The notes under the pieces: generated by a model
Seen by the model: the letters and a program-made list of their open reading frames with translations, nothing else
What the model was told of the DNA's origin: nothing
Databases searched by the model: none
Shown here: positions 52,120 to 64,000 of the stretch, one piece after another
How positions within the stretch are numbered: position 1 is the first letter of the stretch
Layout: each line of letters begins with the position of its first letter
Translations under genes and position numbers: made by a program
Assembly (NCBI RefSeq): GCF_000143415.4
Contig: NW_003314338.1
Coordinates: 203,015-267,014, forward strand
From: Selaginella moellendorffii
Taxonomy: Eukaryota > Plantae > Lycopodiophyta
Direction: 5' to 3'
DNA length: 64,000 nt

Positions 52120-55100
52120 GTATCCCCATCTCATTCACCATGTCTTTGGTGCCACTTGCACCAAAGTTGTTCAAGTTATATATGCCGAACTTTCATACTA
52201 AGCATTCTAACTGTATATTACGACTCCAAAGCATCCCCTACTTTGCAGTGTGCCCAAGCTAGCATCCTTACTAAGACTCTATGACAACAAAAAAATGAGT
52301 ATCCTCATATTCTAAACCATCACCATGCCTTACATATTCCTTTTGGTTATTCTCCTCTAGACTAAAAGGCTAGCTTTGCACCTTTTACCATGTCTTAGCA
52401 AGTATGCTTAGGGATGAACTTACTAAATAATTTAGGGAATGGTTCTTCAATCTTGATATGCTCATTTTGTAATCTCACACACCAGAATTAACATTGCTAC
52501 TTATGAGCTTCTTTATACCCATTGCTAGCCATGCCAAAATCCTTTTGGCTTTATCCACTTTAGATAGTTGAACTTACTTTGTTTTTAGCTTTTATCAACC
52601 TTGGACATTGGATAGCACCTTTTATCTATTTTTCTTGTAGCGCACGTGGTTTTGACCCTTTATCCTATGGTGATTTACCATAGGATAACACCACGAAGCA
52701 GAACCTAAACCCTTTATATGCCACATGATAGATGCCATGTGTCACATGCCACGTGTCCAAAGAAACGTGGTGTGGAACCCGAGGTTCAGGGCCTTGGGCC
52801 ACTGAACAAAGGAACAGTTCCAAACTCCTAAGCATGGAGCCGAGGAGTGACGGAATCGAACCACGGAGCAACTCTTGAGCATACAGCCCAAGGAGCGAAG
52901 GGACAAGAGCCCGGAGTGACTTGGAACAGTCCTAGAGCAACTAGCATCCCAATGCCAGGACTAACAAGCAAAACAGAGCCAAACAGAGTTTGGCGCTATT
53001 TCAGCATACCGGTGGCCTAACGCGAGGATATGGGTACTCCACCAGCTAGCATGGAATGGAGCTTGGGCTTAGACCCAAGCTGGATGTAGAACAAGGACAG
53101 GCATGCAAGCGGGAGCTAGACTATAGGTTGGTCAGCCATGCCCGACCTACCCACTATCCCTACTATACATTTGGAACCNNNNNNNNNNNNNNNNNNNNNN
53201 NNNNNNNNNNNNNNNNNNNNNNNNNNNNNNNNNNNNNNNNNNNNNNNNNNNNNNNNNNNNNNNNNNNNNNNNNNNNNNNNNNNNNNNNNNNNNNNNNNNN
53301 NNNNNNNNNNNNNNNNNNNNNNNNNNNNNNNNNNNNNNNNNNNNNNNNNNNNNNNNNNNNNNNNNNNNNNNNNNNNNNNNNNNNNNNNNNNNNNNNNNNN
53401 NNNNNNNNNNNNNNNNNAATGAGCAAATCTAGACACTTTCCATAAATAGCATTTGGGACCGAAATGAGACCAACACAAAGGGCATGATAGCGAGGGTGTT
53501 TGGCAAACACGGTAAGCTATCATCCAGCGATATTGAGGGACAAATCTCAATACGCAAGGGTTCTTGTCAAGCCAGTGCAAGACAAAGTAAAAGAGAACTA
53601 ACAAGCCGGGCCAAGTATGCTCAGCTAAATAGACACTTAGGAATTACTTCCTTATGCTCATCCGGCCAAGTACAAATGCAAAGTCCAATTTACTAACACT
53701 TGAACAAGAGGGACCAGCAATACCGACCTCCTGCCATTGTGGCAGTAAGGAAAGAGTGTCCGTAAGGACTGGCCGACAGGTAACTTTTGATACCTGAAGT
53801 CACATTTGCGACATTTCTTTAGAGACTTAGTCCCTTGGGCCTTATTTCATGCCCTTATAATACCCATACCACCTCTTTAGTGTTTTTAAGGTGCTTATAT
53901 GTTTCATGATAGACTTCTTTGGCAATGAGCGTTTTTTATTGATACTAACCCATCCACAGCACCATGTCTGCCCGCGAGGACTTGAGGAAGAACTGGAAGA
54001 TCTTCTCGACGGACGATAAGTCTCCACACTTCCCATACATGTCGATGAGTGCAGTAGTGACGTGAGTGTCGAAGAGGAAGCCACACTCCACAATGTAGCT
54101 GTGGAGAGTTCTTCCCAATGAGAGCACTGCTAAGATCATCGCGGCGTCCACTGCCATGACAAAAGTTGGAAGGCCCGGTCTCTGCCCCTGTGCTTGCATC
54201 GTCTAGAAGAGCTCCATGGCTGCTTGAGCGTGCTTGCGAAGAACACCGGCTTATCACAACATAAACACAACATCCCTTAAGAGATGTATTTAACCTCCTT
54301 CTTATCCAACCAAGGAGCCTCAAGAAGTTAGTTCCAACAAATTATTCCAAATCTTTTCTTAGTTGCTTTGTAATTTTTATATCCCACAACTCCTTGCTGG
54401 TGCTTCCACACCTCCATCAATATTTGGTACAAGCACATGAATCTAACTATATCCAGATATGCCAACTTTTTGACAATGGGTTTTTATAAATCCACCAACT
54501 TAACCTCAAGGCATCATCCCATGAAATATTTGAGGTCTCTATACCATCAACTCCACAAGCCTTCTCTCACAATACTTTCTACTTGTATCTAAGTCTTGCT
54601 AGGACTAAAGCAATTGTTTCTTATGCTAACTATTGGTTATGACTACTCTATGGTATTCACACACAACTCTTTGCCGAAGTTGCTTTCTTTCAAAAACACC
54701 TTTTCATGACTTTAGTATGGCACTTTTCGCCATTAATGAGATATCCACTATTCTCATATTTGGAATTCATGATCCTCCCAGCCTTTCACCAGATATAGCA
54801 CACTTTCATCCAAACAAGATTCCTCCAAGCCTTTGAGACCATCTCCTAACTCTACTTAGTTATTCAACTTTTAGACTTTGTTAATCCAATGTCCAGTAAG
54901 ATCTTAGCTTCCTAGCTACTTTTGAGGTGTCACCACACTTGAATATAACTTATTATATTCACATCCTATTCACAAGGACCATCTTTGCAAGTATTACTCT
55001 GACACTTGACCATCCTTTGTTCTATGTAGGTTAGTTTTGCCCCTTAGAATTATCTTTCTATATGATGAGAATATCAACTCATTCTTTGAGTACACCTGCA

Positions 55101-56077
55101 ATTAATCTAATGACTAGAGTTAATGACTGTGGGAGGTCAAATATGGATGAGAACATATGTCATTGAGATGGTAGTTGGGACTACCTTTAATAAAGGCTGA
55201 AACATATATTCTCATCCATATTTGACCTCCCACAGTCATTAACTCTAGTCTCAAATTCATGAGCACTATCCTCAACTATATAAGGATAATCATGTGACTT
55301 TTTTATTGTCTTAGAGTCTCTATCTTTCCTATGATCCCAACTACAGTTGTTTACTAGAACCATATTAACTAATTTGCTAAGTCAAACACTTATATAGACC
55401 ACATCCTCAACTCTCTGAGGAAAAACTATTCCAAGATTCCAAAGCTGTTCCCTTATTGGCCCCTTTTATCCCACATTGCCTACACATTCACGTATAAACT
55501 CAAATGGACAATCATGCCCTCTTGACATGCTACTCCTTTAGGATAAATCCACTCTTGGGACCTTTCAATGCTAATATCAACTAGTGATATACTTAACCAC
55601 TAATAAAAATCAGACTGAGAAACAACTCTAATACCAAGTTGTAAGCCACCCACACTTGAATTGGGAGCATCAACCATTCGATTTCCCAAAGGAGCTAAAG
55701 CCAGCTCTTTAACACTTCACCAAGCTACCCAACTTGATATCTCAAACCTGGCCTCGAGCTCCATCTCAGACTCCTTGGACTCTATTTCATACTCTTTTTT
55801 GGACTCCATCTTGGATTCCTTTTCGAACTACTCTATCTAGGACTCTTTGACAACACTTGCTATATATCAATCCTTGTGTCCCTTTCTAGAGACTCATTCA
55901 TCAATTGCTTTATGCTCAGTCCTTGAGCATTTCGTTTGGAGTTCCATTCCTGCTCTTGCCTGTTCTGAGTTGAAACTTTTGGTCCAAATGTGTTATGCTT
56001 GTTAGACTTTTGCTTCGACCATTGCCATGTGGCATACTTTTGGCTCCATTTTAGGGCTTAGGGATTTATGTCTCACA
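52120..56077 (-). mobile_element. Old LARD-family interior and deleted 5' LTR (55640-56077), with nested inserts at ~52636-53825 and 53951-54250
   Basis: PBS remnant (reverse complement) ACTCTAATACCA at ~55625, LTR start (reverse complement) GGGATTTATGTCTCACA ending at 56077, and an interior homologous to the other copies. Confidence 0.75.
53951..54250 (-). pseudogene. PLS-class pentatricopeptide repeat gene fragment
   Basis: MQAQGQRPGLPTFVMAVDAA...LSLGRTLHSYIVECGFLFDTHVTTALIDMYGKCGDLSSVEKIF is a typical L/S-type PPR motif. There is no start, and the fragment is frameshifted upstream. Confidence 0.85.
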
Positions 56078-56299
56078 ATATGCTATCCATCATACCATGC
56101 ATCTCATTTTGCATCTCTTGCTCCACAGCTCTGTTGGCACCATCATCAGCACCACTAATGACAATAGGATTTTAGTGTTCATTTTGGTCAGCCATCACAA
56201 CCAACTCCTCTTATACTAATGTTATAATTTGGTGCTAAAAGATAAATATCTACTCTCCCTAGACTATATTACACCTCCTCTTCAGGTTCCTCACCACCC

Positions 56300-57560
56300 A
56301 ACCACCCCCGAGCTACCTCAAAAGCTCCACTGCATCACCACTCCACTATGAGCCCTAGAGTAGGTTAATGGTTTTATCCAACATAAGTCTTTCATAGTTC
56401 CAGAGGCTCTCAAGGACATTGCTAAGCCTTAATATACCCTTGAGCTTCCCTTTGACCTACATTCACCACCTGGTTAAAGCTGGCATCTAACACTCTGCCC
56501 CTTGACCCACCCTTTGTGGTCATTTGAGTCATCTATAGCATGTTAGAAAGGCCATAGACATCCCTCCTAAAGTTGCTGCTGCAAATGCCCCACCTTAATC
56601 CTACATTCCCACTTTGAGCATTCTTTACCTATCCCAATTTGATCCAGGGTCACCATCTAATAATCCATCTTGGTAAACTCATCCTTAATCCTCTGAGTGA
56701 AGTTTGAGGTCACCCCCTTGACCTCTTCTTGTAGCTTCTCAGCTGTAGCATCCTCCCCAACTTTCTTGTTATCTATTCCATCGTCTTGCTCACTTTGGGA
56801 ATCTTAATCTCATTATGCTTGAATTCATCTGCCTTAGTGACTGAGTGACTACTTGAAATTAAATTGAATTGTAAGTATAGCAACTATCAATTCCAATTTG
56901 AATGTTGCACATCTATCATACCCTTGATCTTCATGCATCTTATGAATGAGTCCTCAATCACTCCATGTTCCACATATATCACATTTGCCTCTTAAGGAAA
57001 ATGCCCACTATAATCTTCTTGAGGAAGATGGAATCCCTTGTCCTTGGGGGCCCTTTGACCTTGTAGAAGGACATAAAGTCACCATAAAACATGATGTGTT
57101 GGTGTGCTGCAAGTGCCCAATTCCTTGCATGTAGGGCTTTTACAACCTTGTGTGGCTGCTTGCTGCCCTTTTAGCCTTTTGTGCAGATTTGGAGGGACTC
57201 CAGCCACTCTAGCCAAGCTTGAATCTGACTATGCTACCTGCAAGCTCACTATTGATGGCATTGCATTGGTTCTTGCTGTTGGAAATACTACTAGATCTCC
57301 TTCTGATGAATCTTTTTTAAACAACAGGTGGAATCCTATTGCTTCATCATTGATCATGTGCCTTTTCTAAGAGCAGTACTCTGGTGCTCTAGGGGCTGAT
57401 CTTTCACCTACCATTGTTATAGATACCAGTTTTGAAAATCTTCCCAAACCAGCTCATTACTCTCTAGATAAGAGAATAGCAAGATCTTCTAAATCCTAAA
57501 CCCTACATTCAATACGTGCTGGATGTGAACTCTTCCATTTGATACCAAGGCATGTTGAAC
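56300..57560 (-). mobile_element. Possible decayed LINE ORF1-like remnant
   Basis: Purine-rich minus strand with a degenerate Zn-knuckle-like CYTYNS..H..ADE near 56820-56885 and many stops. Weak evidence. Confidence 0.25.
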
Positions 57561-60500
57561 AGTGAAACTCATCCCTACTCCCTCACATATCTACATCTTG
57601 AATCTGCCATGCGGCCTACATGGGCAAGTTGCTCTAAGAAATGTGGAAGCAGCTACAGCAAAGGAGGCCAAACAAATCCAAGGCTACCAAATTCACTCTA
57701 TAGCCAGAAAGATCAACCAGTCTAGCTAGAAGCCCTAATTCCTTGTTGTGCTGCATAGGAGGAATCCCACACATGAGAGGATGATGGTGTGCACTTAGAG
57801 GGGAGAGGAGAGCTTACGTTTCCGCTAGCCAGCCTCAAGCCACTCTTGAATGGTAGCGAGACAAGGACACCTGACACCGAGAAGAGAAGCCAGGTGAAAA
57901 GTGGTGACAATGCTGTCCAACTTATAAGGTTCTGCTTGGTCTCATGTAGCAATAGGATTGCTCATGAGCTAGAACAATTTCCTCAAATGAAGACTGGCTC
58001 TGCCACACAACACAACTATAAATGGCAACGTGTGGTAACAAGCCAAGAAATAGAAGATGGAGTCCAAGATCAAGACCAAGTCCGAGATCTGGTTGGATGG
58101 GGGCTCCAAGACGCAAGCAAATGGCCTCCAATTGCATCACTGTCACACACTTCCAGGAAAGAGTAAAAGAACACTCTTCTATTGATCAAATCTGCTCATG
58201 GCCACTGCATTGCTACCAGCAGGCCATGAGCCAATCTCGTGCTCCAGAATTTTCCCTTGAACTCTCTGAATCCTCTCAAGAGAACACTCTGAAGATTTAA
58301 ATCCTCAAGGATACTCTTAGATTCAAGATCACTATCTGTGTTGCCACTAGCAGGCCATGGAATGCTCACACCCAAGCTCAAGGCCACCTTGTTGCCACTG
58401 GCAAGCCGTGAGATCTCTCTGGAAAACACTCTCCATTCTAAGTTCTAAGTTCTACAAAGTTCTACTGTAGTGGTGTAAGCTCCTCTCTTCTCCATTTATG
58501 TGGTACATGGTTTCTCTAGCACCTAGTTTGTTACACCAAAATTGGAGTAATCTTTGTGTGCTGATGATTTCTTTGAAAACCTTTGTTGGAAACTTCATTT
58601 CTTCATTAACATATGATCCAGTATCTCTTGCAGATGTAATAGTGTTTGCAAAGCATTATGATGTATACTTGGTCCATGAGCTTAGATTTTGTTGCTTAAG
58701 CTGCAAATAAAGAAGGAAGTTGTCCAAAATTTAGCAGGAATTTAAAATTCAATGAAGAGCTGTAGTGGTCTTGTTTACTGTTTCTCTCAGATGTCATCCT
58801 TAAGGAGAAACTAAATGTTTAGAATGTGCTCTTTCCGTGGATTATACAATTACTATCATGCATCCTCTTGAGGAACACCAGTCTTTCTAGGCCAAATTTC
58901 TTTTGCAGCTCCATTTTGTGGATGACCTCTGTCGTAGCAGTGGTATTTTTATGTAACCCAGTATGGGCATATACAGATATTCGTCATTGTTGGTAACACG
59001 GTTTTTTCTTTTGTGCCTTGCTTCTTTTCCATTTTGCAGGTATTAGATACTTTCTTCAATTCACCATGCCATATTTACCTCCTTGACAATATAGCCTCAT
59101 CATGTTTCTGTTTACTACTTCATCAAGGAACCAGATGAGGAGGGGGGTACCTGACTGAATCTCTCTTTCTTTTTTCGTAGCCAAGTTTGTCTTGTAGCTC
59201 TGTCAAATGACCAGATGACGAAGTCCCTTTTTCTGGCATTTACAGATTCCCTGCTAGTTTTTTCGTCTCCAAGTTTACAATATGTAAAATGCCTGCAGTA
59301 TCACAACCGTTCACCTTTCCAGACTTAAATTCTTCTTCGTCATATCCAAATAATTTTTTCTCTATCGTAGCTACTCCCAGAACCAGATTATTACGTACCA
59401 TGACAAAAGTAACAGATCCTGGAGGTGGATCACCAAAATCTCAGGGGTCATGATTTATCTAATCTTTGTTCTATAATGCTAGTGGGATTTGGTCGCTTGG
59501 TAGAACACAAAAGCATACAAGGACAGAAGAAGCAGGCACGTCAAATATTTTATAGAGCAAATTTAATGTTGCTCTTTTATGGTACATCTCCAGAATATGC
59601 AATCAAATATGGACCACATTTCATCTTGCTTGCAAGTTACAAAACGCTGAGACATAACCATACTTTCACGCTGTGCTAAACTTCTCTTGATCCAGGAATG
59701 TGCCTGTAGCTGATGATTTTTCTTTGATTTATGCATTTGGCTGATGGTGGAATGTTTTGAAACTAGAAAATAAAATGAAAAGTCCCAGTGACCGCAAATA
59801 AGAGCCACTTCAATCGAAAGGAGGCATTGGAAAGGGCGTAAAGTGCTTACAGGGCACTTTATCCAAATTGGGAAGATCTTAAAACGTTGGCAAATAAAAA
59901 ATGTAGCTCTTGTAGTGGACAGGTTCTAGCGCTCAGGGGCCAATTTGGAGTGTTCTACTGGTATTTACCCAAGCATCCGAGTTGTCTAGCATTCAAGAAC
60001 AAAGGACAAAAGTATTAGAAATCCCATAAACACTGGTCACTTGCCACCTAAGATTTTGGTGATGGAGACATTGTAGTGTTTCATGTCCATCACCAGTGAC
60101 GATTGTCTGAAATAGCAGCTTTTCAGGCAAAAAAGAACTGAAGGAAACCTTCAGCTTACCACCAGGAGACATGGCGAGGTATAACACTCTCTCTGTGTGT
60201 TTCTGTGTGTTGTCAGCTCATGGAGCAATAAAAAAATAAACGGTGTCATCGCTCTTTGTCTGAGCAAAGAGAAGTTTAAGCTTTCTTTGGTCGTAGTTGG
60301 ATATCTCCAGACAGGTAGCCATGGGTGCTCGGTCACATTTTCGACCACATGAGATTGCAGCAGACGCTCCAGAATTTAGTAAGTCCGAGTTCAGCGACGT
60401 ATCTTATGCAGGTGTTCCACCACCAGAGGTTAAAATCCCGTGTTAATGAGGTGACCATGAATGTGTCTAAATATGCAATATCAGGTAATCCGTAAATCGT

Positions 60501-61377
60501 CCCAGGTAAATCTTTTGTAATCCTTTAACTGAATCAGTGTTGCTATGGGCAAAGATATTTTGGGCCTCAGTAATAGAAGTGTTCGTCAACTATAGAAGTG
60601 TTCTCTAGCACGAGCCCTCACTAGAATGGGAGAGAGAGTCAAAATTCGAGCAAAAGAGAGGTAAAGAAGCATTTCTTGTTCTAGAGACAAGACCTCCCTC
60701 CATTTTTTATTTTTGGTTTGGGATGAGTTCTGGGCGTTTTCTCTTTGCACATAATGAGTAACATTGACGATTACAGAACTCGTCTGTACGAATTGACGAT
60801 TATAAAGCTGTTTTCACTGTCTTGGGAACACTTGGAGCCACTAATATAGACCAACAATCAGTGATGATTTGGAAGGTGCCCGAGGAGACCTGATGTCTGA
60901 AGACACTTGAGGCACACTACAGCCATAACAAACTAAATGCGTCAATTTTCGATATAGGTCTTGTTATGGAGTTTAGGGATGAAACTCTCAAGAACTTACC
61001 CAGCTTGTATTGCATCTGCTCGAGCCAAAAGGGAGTGGCCTGAAATATTCTGGACCTTGCAATAATAGATTCCTTCTCAATTTGCAGCTCCTTGAAATGA
61101 AAATGATCCTCCAACTAGGAGCCAGCGACTGAAGGTAAAAAGCTAGACAAACAGCTGCTCTTTGAAAGAAATTGAGATACAACGCGGCCACAATTGAGGC
61201 AGAAGTCATTTTGAAAAGAATATTTGTCTCACAGTTGACAAAGATTTGGAGTGTATAACACTCTGTCGTCAATTGTTTTCCCTGAGTTCCAGTGTTTTCG
61301 ATGAAATTGCCTGCAAAAGAGACTATTTCACTCTTATAATATAATATAGAAATATTTAACGGCGCACCATAAATCCA

Positions 61378-63528
61378 CTATGCCAGAAGCATGGAATTCG
61401 GCAGTCGTTGGGGACCATTTTCTTGGGCGAACCCAAGCAACATCATCAGCCATATTGGCAAAGGTACCAATGACCAAGGTGACCATGTTGGTCTTTCAGT
61501 ATGATTATCCTCAGCTACGCCCAGAGCCAATAAGAGCCATCCTGGCAGAGGCAGCAATGCTCTGGGAGGCGAATATGTTTGTCCAAACATGAAAAGCACG
61601 TTCTGCATACTTGGTCGTTCCTCCGGCAACTCGTTTGTGCAGATTAAACCAATCCTTGTGCACCTAGTCATCTGATCAAAATACTCTACCCGTCTCACGT
61701 CATCTCCGAGTTGTGGATCAAAAATGGATCTCACATTACGTGGAAATGCTTGTCTAACGAGGCCCGGAAGACCACCCTGTGATGCATCTGCGTCACATGG
61801 TCTTATACCAGTCACAATTTCGAGCAACAACGTTCCAAAGCTATAAACTTCTCCAGGCAATGTACGATTACCTGACAAACACTCTGCTCTATCCTTGCAA
61901 CACAAACAAAACTGAATGACTGAAGAGGAGGAGAGCAAGAGAGGGAGAGCAAGATCAACGAACCTGGTGCCGTATAGCCTATTGAACCACTAAAAGGTGT
62001 CTTGGTATTATCTTCAGGTTTTGCTTTCGCCAAGCGAAAGTCAGTCAAGCGAGCATTGTAATCGTCATCCAGCAAGACACTCGAAGCCTTGGTTTCCCAG
62101 AACATGGGGTGACGTTTTCCTTTCCACTCTCCATGCAAATAAGCCAGTGCTTGTGCTATTCCTGCTGCAATATCTATCCTCGAGCTCCAATGTAAAGAGC
62201 TTCCACTCTGATGTAATTTTCTGTCTAAAGATCCATTCGGAACATATTGGAGCACAAGAACTTTCAACCTTTTGGTACAGCAAGTACCATAAACTCTAAC
62301 AATATTTGGGTGCTTGACGTTTATCAATATTCTTCTTTCTTTATCGAATTTCTTCACATTACCGCCATAGTATTCTGGCCGTAATCGTTTCACAGCAACA
62401 ACTCTGCCACTAGTAAAAACTCCCTTATACACTGCACAATATCCTCCTACGCCGATCAGGTTGCTATTGTTGAAGTCGTCCGTAATTTTAATTATAGTTC
62501 TCTTGGCATAGTCACCAGGCGGGAACATCCATTGATAAAAGTACCAAAGGCCCACCGCTGCCAGTAGCGGAAAAAAGGCGCTCAAAAAGTTTTTAGCCCA
62601 CAAGGGAAATCCTGGACATTTTTTACCGATGACTTGCCCACAAAGTAGAGGATTGCCAAGAAACGCCTCAGGAGCGAATTTTTTCATTACGGTCGAATAT
62701 GGTATTTCCCCACTTAATGAGTTGTTCTCAACGGAGAAGAATTTCAATGGGCATCGAGCAAGAGGCTTGGGGATTTTGCCCTCCAGAGTGTTGAAGGAGA
62801 GATTGACATGGGTAAGCTTGCCATATTTCCCCAGCTGCTTGGGAATGTCGTCCCCGAGTAGATTCTCGTTGAGGCTCAAAACTAATAAGTTAGCTAACTC
62901 GGCGTAGCTCGACGGGATGGGCCCTTCAATGGTGTTGTTTGAAAAATCAATACTCTGAAGCCCCCATGAATAGAAAGCGGGAAGACCCCCTGCCAGCTGA
63001 TTGTTGGCTAGATTAATCGTTTGCAGGTTATATAGCCATGAGAGATCAGACGGTACAAGACCTGCAAGTTCCAAGGCTTCTTTGTTAGTCCAAGAAGACA
63101 TTCATGAGTTTCATCAGCAGTATACCAGATAGCTGATTATTGCTAAGGTCCAAGAACTGCAAGGATGGCATTGACCCAAAAGCTACGGGAACTCCTCCCA
63201 TGAACTCGTTATTGCTGATGTCGAAGCTGACCACCTGAGTCAAGTTGGCAACGGCGATTGAGACGATACCACGTAGTCTCATTTTCTCAAGCGCTACAGA
63301 CACCACCCTGAAGGCACCGCCACTGTCACATGTAATGCCTGTAAAGCTGCAAGCGCTAGAGCCAATGCCACCAGGGATGTTCCACGTACTGAAAATATTT
63401 AGCGGGTCCAGCCAGATGGTGCTTTTGAACTCCAAGAGAGCTTGAGCATCAGCGAGGCTAGCAGCATCTTGAGCAGTCACAAGGGTTCCAAATATAAATG
63501 GAGCTAGAAACCAAACACGAAATTGCAT
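61378..63528 (-). CDS. LRR receptor-like kinase, probable pseudokinase (exons 63528-63126, 63061-61964, 61883-61378)
   Basis: Signal peptide, LRRNT (ALLEFK...DP...TW...CSFTGITC), plant LRRs (LxxLDLSxNxLSG), GNPLLCG cap, TM helix, kinase domain with VAVK and GYTAPE. GT-AG introns at 63062-63125 and 61884-61963 join the three ORFs in frame. Confidence 0.92.
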
Positions 63529-63792
63529 TGTTTCAAAGCACTATTCAAATATCATTGCTTCGGCCACGCATTGACTTTATATCACTGTTATAGAGTAGGT
63601 ATCGAAGCGGTTACCTTTTTGTTTTTCTAAATTTCCTGCACATTTGGGCATTAAGAACCCTTTGGGAGCTCAGACGCATGTTCGAAGTTAAACACGTGGC
63701 TTGTCCTCTCGCGTTCGATCTTTGCCAGAAGTTTGACATAACATAAAATGAAATCACCACAGAGCTACATGAAAAAAGAAAGAAAAAAAAAA

Positions 63793-63814
63793 CACAGGCA
63801 CAGACACACACACA

Positions 63815-63897
<83 letters not shown>
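63793..63897. repeat. Compound (CA)n(GA)n microsatellite upstream of the RLK
   Basis: Imperfect CA run followed directly by ~25 GA units, about 270-370 bp upstream of the RLK ATG. Confidence 0.95.
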
Positions 63898-63902
<5 letters not shown>

Positions 63903-64000
63903 TCTGTCCTTCTTCGGAGTCGCTCGGAAGTCTCTGTTTACTAGAGATCAAGATACTAGAGACCGATTGCTTCACACTTAAGGCCAGCACGGTAGAGATA

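Noticed and set aside
42323-53604. ORFs spanning the N runs (42538-42750, 53179-53417)
   Set aside because: Artefacts of assembly gaps.
60917-61320. Small gene downstream of the RLK
   Set aside because: Two short overlapping ORFs in different frames with no recognisable homology, so a gene cannot be supported.

Overview
Plant genomic DNA with 49-80 nt GT-AG introns, GC-rich exons and very tight gene spacing. These traits, a PLS-class PPR fragment and a centriole-type gene fit a compact-genome lycophyte such as Selaginella (inference). Bases 1-10.3 kb hold five genes: the 3' end of a mitochondrial dicarboxylate/tricarboxylate carrier, a ~1130 aa coiled-coil protein ending in TM+KVPT (KASH-like), a plastid cyclophilin, golgin candidate 5/TMF, and a C2CD3-like C2/IQ protein. 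Bases ~11.7-56 kb are a nested LTR-retrotransposon island. It is dominated by one non-coding LARD-like family with 1.5-1.8 kb LTRs carrying minisatellites, a tRNA-Met PBS, a PPT and a ~4 kb ORF-less interior containing twin TpsiC-like hairpins. This family occurs as one intact TSD-flanked copy inside a decayed Ty3/gypsy protease gene, as a tandem LTR-I-LTR-I-LTR array, and as inverted pairs. The island also holds a ~195 bp 5S-containing Cassandra-like LTR and a captured PPR fragment. The window ends with an LRR receptor-like pseudokinase and a (CA)n(GA)n microsatellite. Protein similarities are from memory, not database searches.
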